Shown piece after piece: positions 1 through 13,956 of a stretch of 64,000 bases of DNA (position 1 is the stretch's first letter; each line of letters starts with the position of its first letter). Origin of the DNA: Tubiluchus corallicola (taxonomy: Eukaryota; Animalia; Priapulida). Both the position numbers and the translations under genes were made by a program. The notes beneath the pieces were generated by a model. The model saw only the letters and a list, made by a program, of their open reading frames with translations, did not search any database and had not been told where the DNA came from. Location: NCBI GenBank assembly GCA_030141605.1, contig JAQGDQ010000040.1, forward strand, positions 744,001 to 808,000, in the 5' to 3' direction.

Positions 1-798
1 AATGTGTAATCTACAACTAAGGCAGGCCTAGGAGAAATAGATTAATTACAGTGCTCTTTATAGCTGTGTACAACAGGGTTTTGGTGAAAAGATAAGGTGT
101 AACTAAAAACTTATATCAGCGCTGAAAATACGTATTATATAAGACACTTTCATTTTTTTGAATAGTAAGAGTGTGCCTGGTATTTTCTTAACGTTTATTT
201 TCTCAAGTTATTTTAAAATTATTCTATTATGTAAACTAATAAAGGCAGACGAGTTAAATGGTCGTGCGCAAGGTGTTTGATCTTTTACTGAAAAACAAAA
301 CTTGCCGCGGTTCAAAAAAAATCTGCAGGTCTTTGTTTTTTATCTGGGCAGTCTTACCTATGCGACTCCCACGTTACCTAACAGGCATTAAACGACTGCA
401 GAGGAAATACGTGATTCGCGTTTGTTGAAGTAACTGCTCATGTAATTACAAATCTAACCGTAAATTATGGCCACGTAACTGCATTAGTTAGAGAAGATAT
501 TTAACTGCGCGGTTCGATCAAAGTACAGTAAATAATTATCGTAGGTGTAATAGACAGAAATTACGAAACACTACAAACGATTTTGTGACATCACCGGTTA
601 AATTGCAAAATAATTAATCTGCAAATTAACCTTTTGTAAAATAAATAAGCTGACAGTTACAAAACTTAAACACCACTTTTTTGTGCGACGTGTAAAATCC
701 TATTTTCAAGATGCTTACTTATTTATATACTTATTTAATTGCATATCCATCTCTCCATCTATCTGTCTATCCATCCATCTACCACCTACCTATTTATC

Positions 799-1170
799 TA
801 TATACATATATATATATATATCTGTCTGTCTGTCTGTCTGACTGTCCGTCCGTCCGTCCGTCCGTCCGTCCGTCCGTCCGTCCGTCCGTCCGTCCATCCG
901 TTCATCCACCCACCCACCCATCCATCCATCCATCCATCCATCCATCCATCCATCCATCCATCCATCCATCCATCCATCCATCCATCCATCCATCCATCCA
1001 TCCATCCATCCATCCATCCATCCATCCATCCATCCATCCATCCATCCATCCATCCATCCATCCATCTATCCATTCATTCATCTGTCCATTAATCTATCTA
1101 TCCATCTATTTGCCCATTTGTTTACTTATATATTTATTTGTTTATTTGCTTATTTATTTATTTATTTATT
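799..1170. repeat. Compound microsatellite (TA)n-(TCTG)n-(TCCG)n-(TCCA)n-(TTTA)n
   Basis: Directly visible. It explains the spurious ORFs 711..1205, 739..1092, 790..1065 and 798..1073. Confidence 0.95.
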
Positions 1171-1897
1171 TCTTCTGGCTTAAAATGACTAAAGGACTAA
1201 AGTGATCTGCAAATAAGGGATACCATAAGTCCAGGCTGAGTACTCTGATTTGTGTAAAGTGTAGCATTTTGCCAAATGAGCTTACAGCAAATGTATTCAG
1301 GAAACCTTACAAAATGCGATTTGCATTAAGTCGCCAAAATGTAAAACTGGCTCCGCATTACAGCTATGTCGTATTTCGGCTTGTCCTTCGTCTAGTCATA
1401 AAGTGGTTCGATCAAACACCTTGCGTACAACCATTTAAATGCGTCTACCTCTATTAGTTACTATAGTACAATAATTTTAAAATAATGCACATCCATTTTC
1501 ACATTTTGGTCAGTTATAAACAGTCTTCCGGTTTGAAATTAACCGTTTTACTACTATATTAGGGTACAATTGCAATACATCAAGTGAACTGCACAAGTTG
1601 TCTTAAATCAAAAGTTATCCGAAGGCAAGTTGTTGTTTAGTGACTTCATCTTGAGTTAGCAGAAAATTCAAGACGCCACGACTTTTTACGTATTTTGAAA
1701 CTAAAGGGTCTCCAATCCTAAACCTAATCATTTCCTCTAATCAACTAGGCGAGATCAGAACGCACACCAAAACTGCCACTTCTAACAACAAATATAAATG
1801 TTCGTTTTTTGAAACCATAAAAGCGGTTGCTTAAAATGACCATAGTTTAAACGTCTTTATTGTATTTAGTCCACAGATTTATATGATTTAGTCTTAC

Positions 1898-2063
1898 CTG
1901 GATGGATTGGAACTGAGTTTTGGCACACGTGTGTAGTAAGAAGAGATTGTTTCAATTAAGAAAAAAGCAACTCGGTCGTGTGTTAGTCCCGCTGTTTTAG
2001 CAGCATCCAAAATCTTTGAAAGTCCAGAATTCTCATCTGACGTGTCGATGCACAAAATTATCG
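1898..2063 (-). CDS. Coding exon 2 of an NPR / receptor guanylyl cyclase-like gene (ANF_receptor extracellular domain)
   Basis: Acceptor ttttttttcag| and donor |gtaagac; 166 nt, entered in phase 1. Reads (A)IILCIDTSDENSGLSKILDAAKTAGLTHDRVAFFLIETISSYYTRVPKLSSNPS, resembling the NPR exon-2 segment VIIMC...IMLAA...G.T..DY.FF.I. Not in the ORF track. Confidence 0.8.
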
Positions 2064-2411
2064 CTGAAAAAAAAACGACAGGCTGAATTCACTGAGTTGT
2101 TTGAACTCGTGCTACTGCATCATTGTCAGTTTGTTATGCTGGCATCGCTGTCAGTTTGTTCTATGTCACGGTGTATGTTGTTTGTCCGTCAAAAAAGGCT
2201 ATCCAAAAATACATTACTAATAGTTCATATAAGATACTTGCAAAATTTGCAAAAGAGACTGTTTGGGTTGAAACAATCCAGGGTGACTGCGTACCTGTTT
2301 TACCAATACGCTTTTTTATCAGCAGATGTAATTTGTCATGCATACAGCTCGTTGTGCCACATCAGCTATGGACAATTAGCCTACTTACAAACTTACCTGT
2401 TTACTCACTTT

Positions 2412-2668
<257 letters not shown>

Positions 2669-3866
2669 AACTGCTCTGACTTATGTACTTACTTTCCTCT
2701 GTTGCCTGCTTACTTATACTTATTTTGTCATCTTACTTAAAAAACAAGAAAAAAGGTCGATCAAAAAGGTCAAAAACAGAAGACTAAGTTAAAAAGATAT
2801 TGTTCAAAAATGTCTGCTGGGCGACTCAGAGAGGTTGTAATGCCGACCAGAAAGGTGACTCATATATTAATAATTTATATGACATCTATAATTTCGGTTA
2901 TATAGCCGGATGAAGTCCGCACGCTCCGGGTTCATGTGTATACACCCGTGGACCAACACACTCCTCAAAAAAGATATTATTAATTTTAAATCTCCATCCT
3001 ATTTTATTCATACTGCAGATAAATATTTTAATCAAGTTGTATAACGTTTGCTTTTTGTTGGATGAGTTGGAAATCGAATGTGTTTAATGTTAGATTTATG
3101 ATCATTGTGGGACACAGCAAAACAATCAGCAAGAAACACACGTCCATGTTGAAAAACGAACAAAATGTCAAACAAAACATTAGATTGCTTGATTTACCGC
3201 GTGCATTATCTTGCCTTTGCTGACTGTTACTTTGAAAAAGCATTTTAAAGTTAGCTACTTTAGCACTTTAGCAAATGCACCTGCATTCACTCGATAGTTG
3301 TTGTGAATACCAACATGTTTTGTTGTTCATATTAAGCTTAAGCTTAAATGTAATATAACAATGTGTATAATCCATCGAGTAGAAGCAAACTGTTTGACAA
3401 ATACAAGCTTTTACAACGACTTACAAATGAGAGTGGGCCAGATGTCACACAAATTACAGCTAAAGTGTAGAACTTACTTAAAAAGTCCATCAAAAATCAT
3501 CCATTTGCGATAAACAGGAGCTTTAAACGGAATTGCGCGTAATATCTACGCAATACTATATGTATATTCATTTACCGTCTGATTTATTCTATAATTTAGA
3601 CTGTAATATTACAATTAATTTCGTTCAAGACAATAACATAAAATTTATGTGTGGAGGAATATAAGTATCACATTTGAAAGACGACGTGTTAATTAGTGTT
3701 ATTTCACTTTTTAATATAGCTTTCGCTGTTGTGCTCATATAAATGAAAAGCTAAATTTTCAATTGCCTAACTAGCTTTGCGTATCCTGCTTTCAAGAACA
3801 AGTGTGGCAATCTCCACCGAAAACCTTGATTTGTAAAATCTCGGAAACTCATCAGAGAACTATGAC

Positions 3867-3891
3867 TACGCAAATGCTATGAAAAAATGAC

Positions 3892-3931
<40 letters not shown>

Positions 3932-3956
3932 GTCATTTTTTCACAGCATTTGCGTA
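3867..3956. repeat. 90-bp near-perfect palindrome with a (TA)n centre
   Basis: 30-bp arms tacgcaaatgctatgaaaaaatgacctaac / gttaggtcattttttcacagcatttgcgta (1 mismatch) around (TA)15. Confidence 0.9.
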
Positions 3957-4032
3957 TATGTATATGTGTGTATATGAGCGTGTGTGTGTGTGTGTGCGTG
4001 TGCGTGTGTGTGTGTGTGTGTATGTCTGTGTG
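3957..4032. repeat. Interrupted (GT)n microsatellite
   Basis: Directly visible. Confidence 0.9.
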
Positions 4033-5685
4033 TTATGTACAACACATTTTTATGAAATGAAAGCGTTAATTGCTTCAATGAAATAGTAGCTGAATCATAT
4101 ATCTACAAAAAATTCTGCACTATATACGTACCAAAAACGTTTGTTTGGTCTAGTGAGTTTGTGTTTTCATTCTCCTAGTTAAAATTAAGGAAGGTCGGAT
4201 TCGGTGCTGCATATATCAGATGAGCACCTACACCATAATAGACGTCACAATCTTTTACTCGTCAGAACGAAATAATTTAAGATGACACATTTTTAGACGA
4301 ACAAAGAATGGTAGCAAAAAGGCATCTAAATTGGCTGAACAGAAAGTGATTTTAAAAACAACAAAATCAGTGTAAGTACTTATAAGTTTCATAATTCAAT
4401 GCAGTGGTAATTAAGTTATCAAAAATAGTTAAAAATGTCAAAAATGGCAAACTTACTTTTTTAAAATGTATAATAGGCGCAAACGAATTATGAAAAAGCA
4501 ATAATCACTAAAAGGGGTGGGGCTTAATGCGGTGTAAGTGTTGCTCATAAGCGTAAAATGTGTCCCGAACGCTAATCAATATGTTGAAAATATAACCATT
4601 CAGATGTCTAAGAACTCATAAGGGAACAACGTCTCGTTCTCACCGATGAGTAGACTTTATTTATAATGGGAAAGTAGAGTTTCAGGTGGGTCTCTTAATT
4701 ATAAACAACCATCAAATGTTTGAGACACTTCCCAATTTCAATTATTTTTAATGAATCGTTTGTTTCTGGTTGTCTTCCGAAGTCTGGAAAGTCGCAGAGA
4801 GCCACGTGACGTGCTAAAAGGTGATGACTCTGAACAAAATGCTTTTATTTTAGAAAGACTCTTGCTCCCTTTATAATACAGCATAAGCTCTTAATTAAAT
4901 GTGGTTTGTTGTTTAAGTGGATTTAGCGTTTGTTGTAGGCATACTCTTATAAAGCCATCTCAAGTGTGGCTCAGCCTATCACCATTCATTCTGACTCTCC
5001 TACTTTTTATTCCTTTGTTGGGTTTGGCGATACACGATGTAAACGTTATCGTACCAATCTTCTGAAAATTCGTTCATCATGAATAATTATTATTTAAATT
5101 ATTTTCTAATCGTATTAATAGACATATTGCATTACACGGTAAGCCCGCCTACGTGGCCCAGCCTGACAGTCGCTACAGAACAAAATATATAGAGGCAAAC
5201 CGAAAAAAACATGAAGAATGCGCGCAAGTTTGGTAGCATTCTGTTGTGTCACTGTTGTGTACTTACCGGGCTAAAAGATATTGTCAAGCAAAATGACACA
5301 AATAAGCTCAGTTTCTTCCCCAAAGATATGTGCATTATATCAAGATTTTATTAAATTATGTTGTTGTTTACGACCAAAACGTTGAGCATGGAAGTGTCAC
5401 TTCCCACGTGGCATACAAACTTGTTGTGAAATTCTTCTTTTTTTAATTATACAGCAATAATATTAATTTCATTGTTTTGGTATAAAACGTATTCATAACC
5501 AGTTTAAAAGACTTACCCCTAATAAACTTTGAGAATAATAATTAAAAGGTCTGACAAATACTGGACTTTCAACATTGACAAAAATCCATATTATTTTATG
5601 CTGTATAGTATTTGGCAATCTCTCGTAACACCCTAAAAACTTAAGCTGAAAAAAGGAAACTAGTTACCCAGGATCGGACAGGTTT

Positions 5686-5686
<1 letters not shown>

Positions 5687-5783
<97 letters not shown>
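5687..5783. repeat. (AAT)n microsatellite
   Basis: Directly visible. Confidence 0.97.
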
Positions 5784-5784
<1 letters not shown>

Positions 5785-6731
5785 CACACTTAACATTAAC
5801 TCTCGCGGTATGTTTCGATGCATTCTCTACGTCTGTTTCTGAGTCGCTATTGTTATGGAGCAGCGGCCGGTCAGAGGAAAAAACAAAAGGAGAGCTGATT
5901 GGCTATCGCAAGGTGGACAGCGGCTGCTTAACTGACGTTTTGCGATACGTGTATTGCAAAACTTCTTGCATGCAACAAACATTGATTTAACAAACATTAA
6001 AACGTCTTTGTGAAGTTTCTTTGTATCGCATTTGACAGATTTAAGGCGAAAGAGTTTATAATGGTTTCATTTCTTTGTAGGTTTCCACGAACCGGAGCAC
6101 CTGCGCTTCGAGACAAAGCTAGACACATTACCTTGCTTGATTTGACTCTATTGTCTAAGAAATTAAGAGCGACTTTCAAAAACATTAGTGAAATACTCGG
6201 AATTGTATATCTGATGGCTAGATCTGCAAAATTACATTACGGTTAAGGTCAAGGAGCTGAGAACTCTGATCAAACCTTAGTTATGGACTAAGGCAAATAA
6301 GTAGTACCATGGTCAATGTCAAGTAGCTGATTTTTACCGATATCGCCATGCGTTTCTGATGGCTGATGTCTGTAGTACGCATATCAACATTATTTACTAC
6401 ACATCAGTAGTATTGTAATTTCGCACATTGATAACTAATACATCGTCATCATATTAGCGAGTAGAAGACATCCACATCAGTTAAATGAATTACTCTTGCT
6501 TAAGGTTGTGTCTTTTTTCTGATTGCTACAGGCATTTAGTTAAACTGGCTAAACCACCTTAACCATTTATTTCTGACAATGAGCCTGTGTGGAATTGTCG
6601 CCAAAATGATCAGCTTGTTTAGCCGCCAAAATCAGTGAGGAGATTTCAGAAGCTGCGGTTGCTTAAAGATCAATGGCATTTTACAAAAAAACCTAGTTAT
6701 TATTGAACTCCGTCCCGGGAGGTCTGACATG

Positions 6732-7150
6732 CAAGGCCAGATTATCCTATAGGCTAGTATAGACCGCAGTCTAGTGCGCCACAAGTGTTGGAGGGCCTCA
6801 GGCTTGGTGACATTTGGTAAAAAATCTGTTTTTCGTTACCGTTTTGTTGAAACATGTGCTAATTTGATTTCTAATAAATAGTAAAATAGTTACATTTTTT
6901 AAAGAATATTTATATTAACAAGCAAAAGATAGCTATTCTAGTTTATTTAAAGAATCTGCAATAAGTTTACTTCAAGCTACGTAAATGTCGATAATATATA
7001 TTATATCAATATTATATTATATTATAATTATACATCACGAGTAAAAATATTCAAGACGGGTGCAGGCGAGTTAGAGGGTGGCTCCGTCTTTCATTAACCT
7101 AGGGGCCCATCACTAGTCGATGGACCCCAGAAAGTCACGATCCGATTCTG
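6732..7150. mobile_element. Degenerate non-autonomous DNA transposon (hAT-like MITE)
   Basis: Ends caaggccagatt...gatccgattctg resemble CAGGGCCGGATT-type TIRs, with subterminal cctaggggccc motifs. No clean TSD. Confidence 0.3.
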
Positions 7151-7950
7151 CTTATACGATGTTATCTAAACATTAAATTCAGCTACAACATATTAACTTC
7201 ACCAAAATGATTTACTAGAAGCACTTCTATATCTGAACTGCGTGGGCAGCATTCATTCAATGACTTCTTGCACGTCACTTTAAATGATGTTAGCAGGTTT
7301 CTTATTCGATTATCACTAGAACACTTATTGAAATTACATAATTACATTATCTGTGTAACTGTAAGGCACTGGCCTGATAATGTCAGCTTTTGCGTGGTCC
7401 AGTCAACACACAACAGCATCAGTATTCAAGAAGCTACATATGAAGTAAATTTGATTCATTATTGCAGAAAGAGCAAAGACATTTATACTAAACGGCTCCT
7501 TCAAGAAGTAGGAGATGTCCAATAACAAAATCGGAGATGACCTTTAGTGTTTACCTAATGTCACCTTTAACATAATTGTCACATTGAAATTTAAAAATTC
7601 CCGTGTAATATGCTGGGGTGGAAACGTTGAAACAGACTGGAACGAATCATTGCGTCAGGTAACGACCGTGTAGCCTGTTTGTCTTGACAAATAAGCCTCA
7701 GCACAATTTTTCTTCATGACTGTAATACGCCTTGCACAATCCAAAACATGCATGACACACTCTTGCAAATTTTCGAGTTTTTTTGACAGATAACTTAATT
7801 TTCAAAGAGACAATGACTATACTCCGGGAGCTTGCGAAACCACACTTATAAAAAGTTTTCTTAGAAGTCTATTATGAAAATTTTTTTTAATCGACAATCT
7901 TGTATATTTACTTCTTTCATCTTAAATATTATCATTAACACTACCGTGAT

Positions 7951-7951
7951 C

Positions 7952-7982
<31 letters not shown>

Positions 7983-8030
7983 CGTCGTCGTCATCATCAT
8001 CATCATCATCATTCATTCATTCATTCATTC
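7951..8030. repeat. (TCA)n/(TCG)n/(TTCA)n microsatellite
   Basis: Directly visible. Source of the poly-Ser ORF 7874..8149. Confidence 0.93.
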
Positions 8031-8055
8031 ACGTTTTCACAGCATTAAAACATAC

Positions 8056-8713
8056 CTTTCACTCTTTTCGGAATGCTTTTGAACACTTCGATAAGAGAAG
8101 AACCTGTCAAGTGATTCTGAAGGTGAATCATTCTCTCAACTACGACTGAATGCCTATGAAACTCGTTTAATATTTCCATTGCCAATTCTTTCCTAGTAGG
8201 CTTTTGAATACTAATCACTGCTGAATACTTCCACTTGAAAAAAGCAACTATTCTTCCCAAAACTTCGGCGGTCCTCCATGCGGGATTAACCGTCCTTGTA
8301 AAGGTGCGATATCGTTTATCCTGAGATAAAATAGATTCTACGCATCCCCACGATATCATAGGGACATTCCAGAATGAGGTAAGCCTAGCCGAAGGCTCAC
8401 AAAGGTAATGATTAGCTGGTCCTATAAATGCATCTATTGGCGAACTTTGATTCCGAAACATAAGGGCCATTTCATTCAGTCCCTCCGTTTCCGTACACGT
8501 ATCGTCAATCTGATATGTGAAATTGCTTAACAAATCGCGAGTTAAGTTTTTTGCAACATCCATTGCTTGGACGATTACCATCTTGCTGCCTTTGGCGATA
8601 GTTGAGCAAGTTTGAGGTGAGAGAAAGACAACGTGGTAATGGTTGGTGGGCGCCAGCTCTTGAAAAAACACAGCAAAAAATAGTAGAAGACAAGCACAGT
8701 TCTTTTTGCTCAT
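8056..8713 (-). CDS. Large first coding exon (variant B) of an NPR / receptor guanylyl cyclase-like gene: signal peptide plus N-terminal ANF_receptor ligand-binding domain
   Basis: MSKKNCACLLLFFAVFF signal peptide; motifs IDAFIGP..YLCEPSARLTSFWNVPMISWGC, YRTFTRT and FKWKYSAVI; ends KRVK G|gtatgt (phase 1 donor). Confidence 0.85.
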
Positions 8714-9032
8714 AATGTGATTTTGACATCTCGATGCATGAGTTACACAAATGTGGAAACACATACGACACTAATGCAAACCACTCCACGCCGGTATTCT
8801 TGCGTGACTTACTTGAAACACTTGATGAAGCCTTACGCTAAAATAATTCAAATCAATATAACCTCCAAAGAGAGCCAAAAGAGACGCCGTGCAGTAATAA
8901 ATAATGTCGAGGCGCTGCGGAACGTATGCGCAAGACGTTAAAGGAAGGGATAGGTAACTTTGACTAAAGACTTTTGCTAAAACCTCTCTTTTACATTTAT
9001 GATTCCAGAAAATACACTTCAGAACATATATA

Positions 9033-9441
9033 AACTTAAAGGAAAGGCCAAGCCTTTGGGGAAGCTGGGCTTATTTCAATGTTAGCGAAAAATATTACAG
9101 GGATTTAGTAACAAACGTTTGATAAGTGCCTCATGTAATTAGTGAAATCATTTTGTGATTATTTCACGCTTGGGGGCTGCCATTTTGAACACTCTTTCTT
9201 CACCAATGACATCGTTCATCGACTGAAGAAAAGCAGCGTAATGTCAACTTCCGTCAAAAGTATGAGTTTTACAAAAAATATTGTAGTATTACAAAATAAT
9301 ATTATAATATTACAAAAATGAGTTTTACAATAGCTAATTTTGTGATATGTTAGCAAGAATATTTCGTAAGCTGCAGAAGTTTGAGTTAGTTTAAGTAGCG
9401 CGCGTTTACGGAAAACCACGATGCGCTTACGAAAAATCACG
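9033..9441 (+). mobile_element. Dispersed repeat, copy 1 (non-autonomous DNA element)
   Basis: Colinear similarity over about 400 bp with 32705..33056 (aaaggaaaggccaagc...ggcttatttcaatgtt...catcgactgaagaaaagcag...cacgatgcgcttacgaaaa). Confidence 0.8.
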
Positions 9442-9559
9442 GAGCCAACCTGATGTATAAATTTAGGTTTATTTTTTGTTCCAAGTGTAAACGGACGCTA
9501 TTGCATTTTCTCATACCAATCCTTAGATTCTCATAACAATGGCGTTAATCACATCCTGG

Positions 9560-9990
9560 TAATCAACCTCGAACCGTACCGCGAGGCAAAACCTCATTGG
9601 GGTTCCTGGCGCCGACGAGCGGGCTTTTTTGAGAATTCTAGTCTGCTTGTATATATGCTTCACACTCATCTTACCCATGTTGTTGCATGTTATCACAAAA
9701 GGTTTCTCTAAACCATGCTGACTAGTTTTGGGTAGGTGTTCATCGTTGTTACACTAGATGGAAGTGACACCCGAGCAGAAAAAAACTCTTAGCGAACCTT
9801 TTAGTTTGACTTTTGATAAAGCAGCAAGGAGCATTGAATCAGCAGCAATAAATCTCCTAACTGGTCAAGAAAATTTCAGGCACATTTTACATAGACTAGA
9901 ATTTACTGATACCGACAGCTGTGAGTATGGAAACAAGCACAAACACCAGGTGTAACAGAGTAAGCCCTGGTCGGAAGAAAAATTTCTTGG
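9560..9990 (+). pseudogene. Decayed 3' fragment of an RNase H-containing non-LTR retrotransposon (R1/I/LOA-like)
   Basis: LIGVPG resembles the RNase H LxWVPGH motif; LLTGQENFRHILHRLEFTDTDSCEYG resembles the C-terminal LLTGH..F..HLHR.G..D...C.CG knuckle. Confidence 0.5.
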
Positions 9991-12900
9991 ATGCTCTGAA
10001 AACAAAGAACATAAGCTTAGTTAATTTAAAAAAAAGACGCAGAACTGAACAGAACGTTTGTAAACTTTGTGAAAGATAGATGTAATTTATAAATTTTCCA
10101 AAACAGTCTATTACCAGTTGTGACAAACCAGCTACTATTTACGGTATTTTTTGCTGTTTGATTGTTTGATTGTTTGTTTGTCACCTTCTTATTTCACGTT
10201 TTCTTGTGGTGATTGCCAGTGTATCTACTTGCATTATCAGCAATCGCATTATCTTATTATTAGCCTAGTACAGGAGTCCTGCTAACGCATCCCTTCGTCT
10301 AGTAGATGTACTTTGGAACACATACTATGTTCGCGGCTCCTTTCAAACGGGTGAAATCCGTACAGGTATGAAGTGTGCCCGTTCTTGAATTGCTTAAGCC
10401 ACCTTAAAGGACCATTATCTGATCTTTCGTATGTCTTTGGAAAGACAGCCAGAAATATCAGTTAGCACTGCCGATGTTAATTAAATAAGCAGAAGTAAAC
10501 GCCACTATTTCTTCTGTCAGCAGTCATTTTTTGCAGTGCTCTCGAATCTGGGACAAATATATTACTTTAGTTTCATGAGGTGGCTGCCGTCACCGCCGTT
10601 GTTCGGAGATTCATCCAAACTGGAAGTCACGGCGAAGTGCATGGTGGACGTTCCATTGTTGACAGAGTAAACCCCGTTGTTGGTGAGTCCGTAGATTTTA
10701 CTTGAGGTTAGCAGCTGTGGTTTTACTATGTAGATGGTGCGTTTGGTAAGCTAAGAAGTTCGTACATTTCTGCAGCGTTTGCTAATAAGACTACTTCATT
10801 TGTTTTTCGTCATTGAGAGTGCTTCACCGTTTGCGCGCTCTCCGTGCTACGCCTATTAACTACTTACTCTATTATTAGACTAGGAAATTTATTTGCTTAT
10901 TTGCGTACTGTGATTGTTATTGATGGACTGTGCCTCTTCTATAGGTTAAATTCTTCTAAAATAGTAATCAATTAAATTTTGTACACAGCTTAATAATTAG
11001 TTTATCAATCACGTTAGTTTGTGAATCTGTCATTGAATAAGTAGCTCAGTATAACTCCATTGATACAAGTAAACGCTGTAAAACAAAATTTAATGTAAGT
11101 GTTTCACTCTTGTGTGACCTTAAATTATCAAACCATAAGGTGTGTTTTACGTCATGAAAAAAAATGTATTACTTAAGGACAAAAACTCGGTTGGTTTTGA
11201 AAAGAAAAGCTAATATCTGTAATCATAACATCATAAAAAGTTGATATCATTTTATAATATTGAAATACCATGAGAGTAGTATTGACAGTTTATATGATGG
11301 CAGCTTTATAGTTGTTTGTAAACGCTATAGTGAAGAGCGCAGATAGAGGCCCTGCATCTTTATTTATTTACTAAATAAAATATTTAAAATAATTTCTTTT
11401 AAGATGACTTATATGTACATGCCTCCGATAAGTGACTTTTATTAAGCAGTGGATATGAATACATGTAATTCATGGTGTTTTTTAAATTAACGCTTGTCTT
11501 TCAAGATGTATTTATTTTTATCAATACCCATGTCTTATCCAAAATTGTAGTTCGTTGAACATCTGGGATCTCTGCGGGCTACGGATAAGCAATGTAAAAA
11601 CGCAAACAAAAGCAAATAAAGAAGTAATCTTTATTTATTACTGACACCGAGATTATAATTTAAAGAAGCGTTAGTAGCTGTTAACATATTAGCAAATGTC
11701 AGTAATTTGTGTTTTTCGAAACGTTCATCACGAATTAGAGAGTAATTCTTAACCCAGACATCGCCGCCATAGAAACCTTGCGCAATGTGACCTAAGACGC
11801 TACAAGATGCGTAAAAAATACAAGTTAGGTATTTGTTCAGATGGCGAAAAAGTCTGTGATCTGCTATAATCCTTATTAATCTGCAGGTTACACTGAGACT
11901 AAGTCAGAATTTTGATGAGTAAGTCGGTATTATGCGTATATTTAAGTCACCAGTAGTCTCTTATATAATAGAGGAAGCAGTTTACTAAAGTAGCATCACT
12001 ATTTTCTGTTTATTTTTAAAACGCTGAGATATTCGCTTCAAACGCCAATATTCACTTCCAAATTCCCACTAAAGCGTTTTTGTTAAATGCAGATCGTCGC
12101 AAAGGAGAAAAGTCTCCATTTTTTCTGCAGCAGAATTTCGAATACAAACGTCGTCTTAATTAATTAGCTTTTAACACGTTCAATTAGTTTATCTAGAGAG
12201 CAAGTTCTATGTAGATTTAACTAGGTTTACTAGAAGTACGTTTTTATCATTACACAATTACATCATGTAGACACACACGTTGGCATAAAAAAGGACGAAC
12301 TTCCGACAAACTATCTACGAACCAAGCCTTAGTTCCTAAAATTTATTAAAACTGAAATTATTGGATTTCAAATTTTAACAATAGTATTGTGTTGTCTTCG
12401 TCGCTAGTAGTTATGCAGTAACTGACAAAGATTTCGTCATGCTCCCTAGCTGGGTAACAGGAAGTAACGCTGCTCCCAGGGATTCGCGCCTTGCTGTTCA
12501 GCATTACAGCAAAATGTATTACAGCTTACATTCTTTTTTATCATTTTACAATTTGAGTTCTATACAAAATTTATGTATAATGTCAAAAATAAAGTTATAG
12601 TGACACTGATATTGCCAGACTTAACAATCCATAAAAACAACTGTAAAACTCGCTGCTGCTGTTTACGTTTTCTAAGTAAATGAAAAGTGTTAGACTAGTT
12701 ATCGAAAGTAGTACACTGTGTAGGTAAAAATTCACAGTAGGAAAACAAAATTACCTAGGAAAAATAAACAGCTTACCAATAAACACATTTTAAGTTACTT
12801 TTTTGAGATGGGACAGTTTTTAGGATGATGGACCAAACACAATTTTTGTTTTACTACTATGTAAATGATCACAAACTGTGTAAGACTAAATAAAGTAAAC

Positions 12901-13956
12901 TCTTAAAACTTACATAGCTACAGCATTGTTTACTCTCCTCCATGAGATGCAGAAATTTACATAAACATAAATTTTTGAGGGTGTTTTCACAAGTGCACCA
13001 GTACCGCCCACAAAGCTGTGTTGTAGGAAGGTCCACCGGGCATTTTTGTAATTTAGAGATATAGGCCTTCAAGAAAATCACAGGGGTAATTCTCCCCACA
13101 AATGGTACCAAGATGCTGTCTGGCTCACGGACTATAGGTTTAGTTAGACTTTTTAAAACTAGTATTTGAAACAAACAGAATTGTTTTCTAGGAGAGCGTC
13201 GCTACTTTCAATATATGGTCCTTCGTACCACGAAAACACTGTCTAAATAATCAGTTTCCAATTAGTTCTGCAATTTCCAATATATTACTGTCTATTAGAA
13301 ATGTAAATTTTTCATACAGACAGATGCAGGTATTTTTGCTAACATAGACGTATTTACATTCGGCTTGTGTGTAATGGAGCCTATGACTCATTCTTGCTAT
13401 CGAGTTTAAATAATGATCTTATCTTATTTTCTCATAGCTAGTATTAGCCAAAACAGAGCGTGCTTAAATACAAAGCGTTATCCAGTTTATTGTTATGAAA
13501 TAAATCCAACTTTATCCTAAAAAATACCGTGCATGTTCGTTGGAGGACAAATCTGTCCCTGGTATGCCCTTGTTAAGCAATAATGCCAGAAAATTTTCGT
13601 TTCGGAGTTTCAATTTTTTGCTTTTAGTTTCACTATTGCATGTGCATCACACAAAAATTAGATACGCGCTCAATATCCTAACGACAAATGACATTTTTGA
13701 TCACTTTGGAGATATGTGGATCGTAAACGCCAAGAATGCGCATCTTAAGAATTCACTTCTTCAAAATGTCTTATTAAGATCTATAATCTGTTCAAATCTT
13801 TTGTGTTCAACATTTGACTTATCTGTGGCCCTAGCTCCATCTACAATGGGCGCAGTTAAAGCACATATACACATACATATTCTTTCCCTTATTTATGCGT
13901 TAAATACGTGTATTTCATTGGTTGTACATATCCAGCATAGTCCAGAGTACGCTTAC

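Noticed and set aside
359-396. Possible exon 3 of the receptor (ctgcag|...|gtaaga)
   Set aside because: The required frame has an in-frame TAA and no recognisable NPR similarity.
2905-2960. Hammerhead-like cggatgaagtcc...ggaccaac
   Set aside because: The core deviates from CUGANGA/GAAA and stems I and III are not evident; at best a dead remnant.
5267-5335. Signal-peptide-like mini-exon MHISLGKKLSLFVSFCLTISFSP|gtaagt (minus strand) as a third first exon
   Set aside because: It ends in phase 0, which cannot join the phase-1 exon 2, and it has no homology support.
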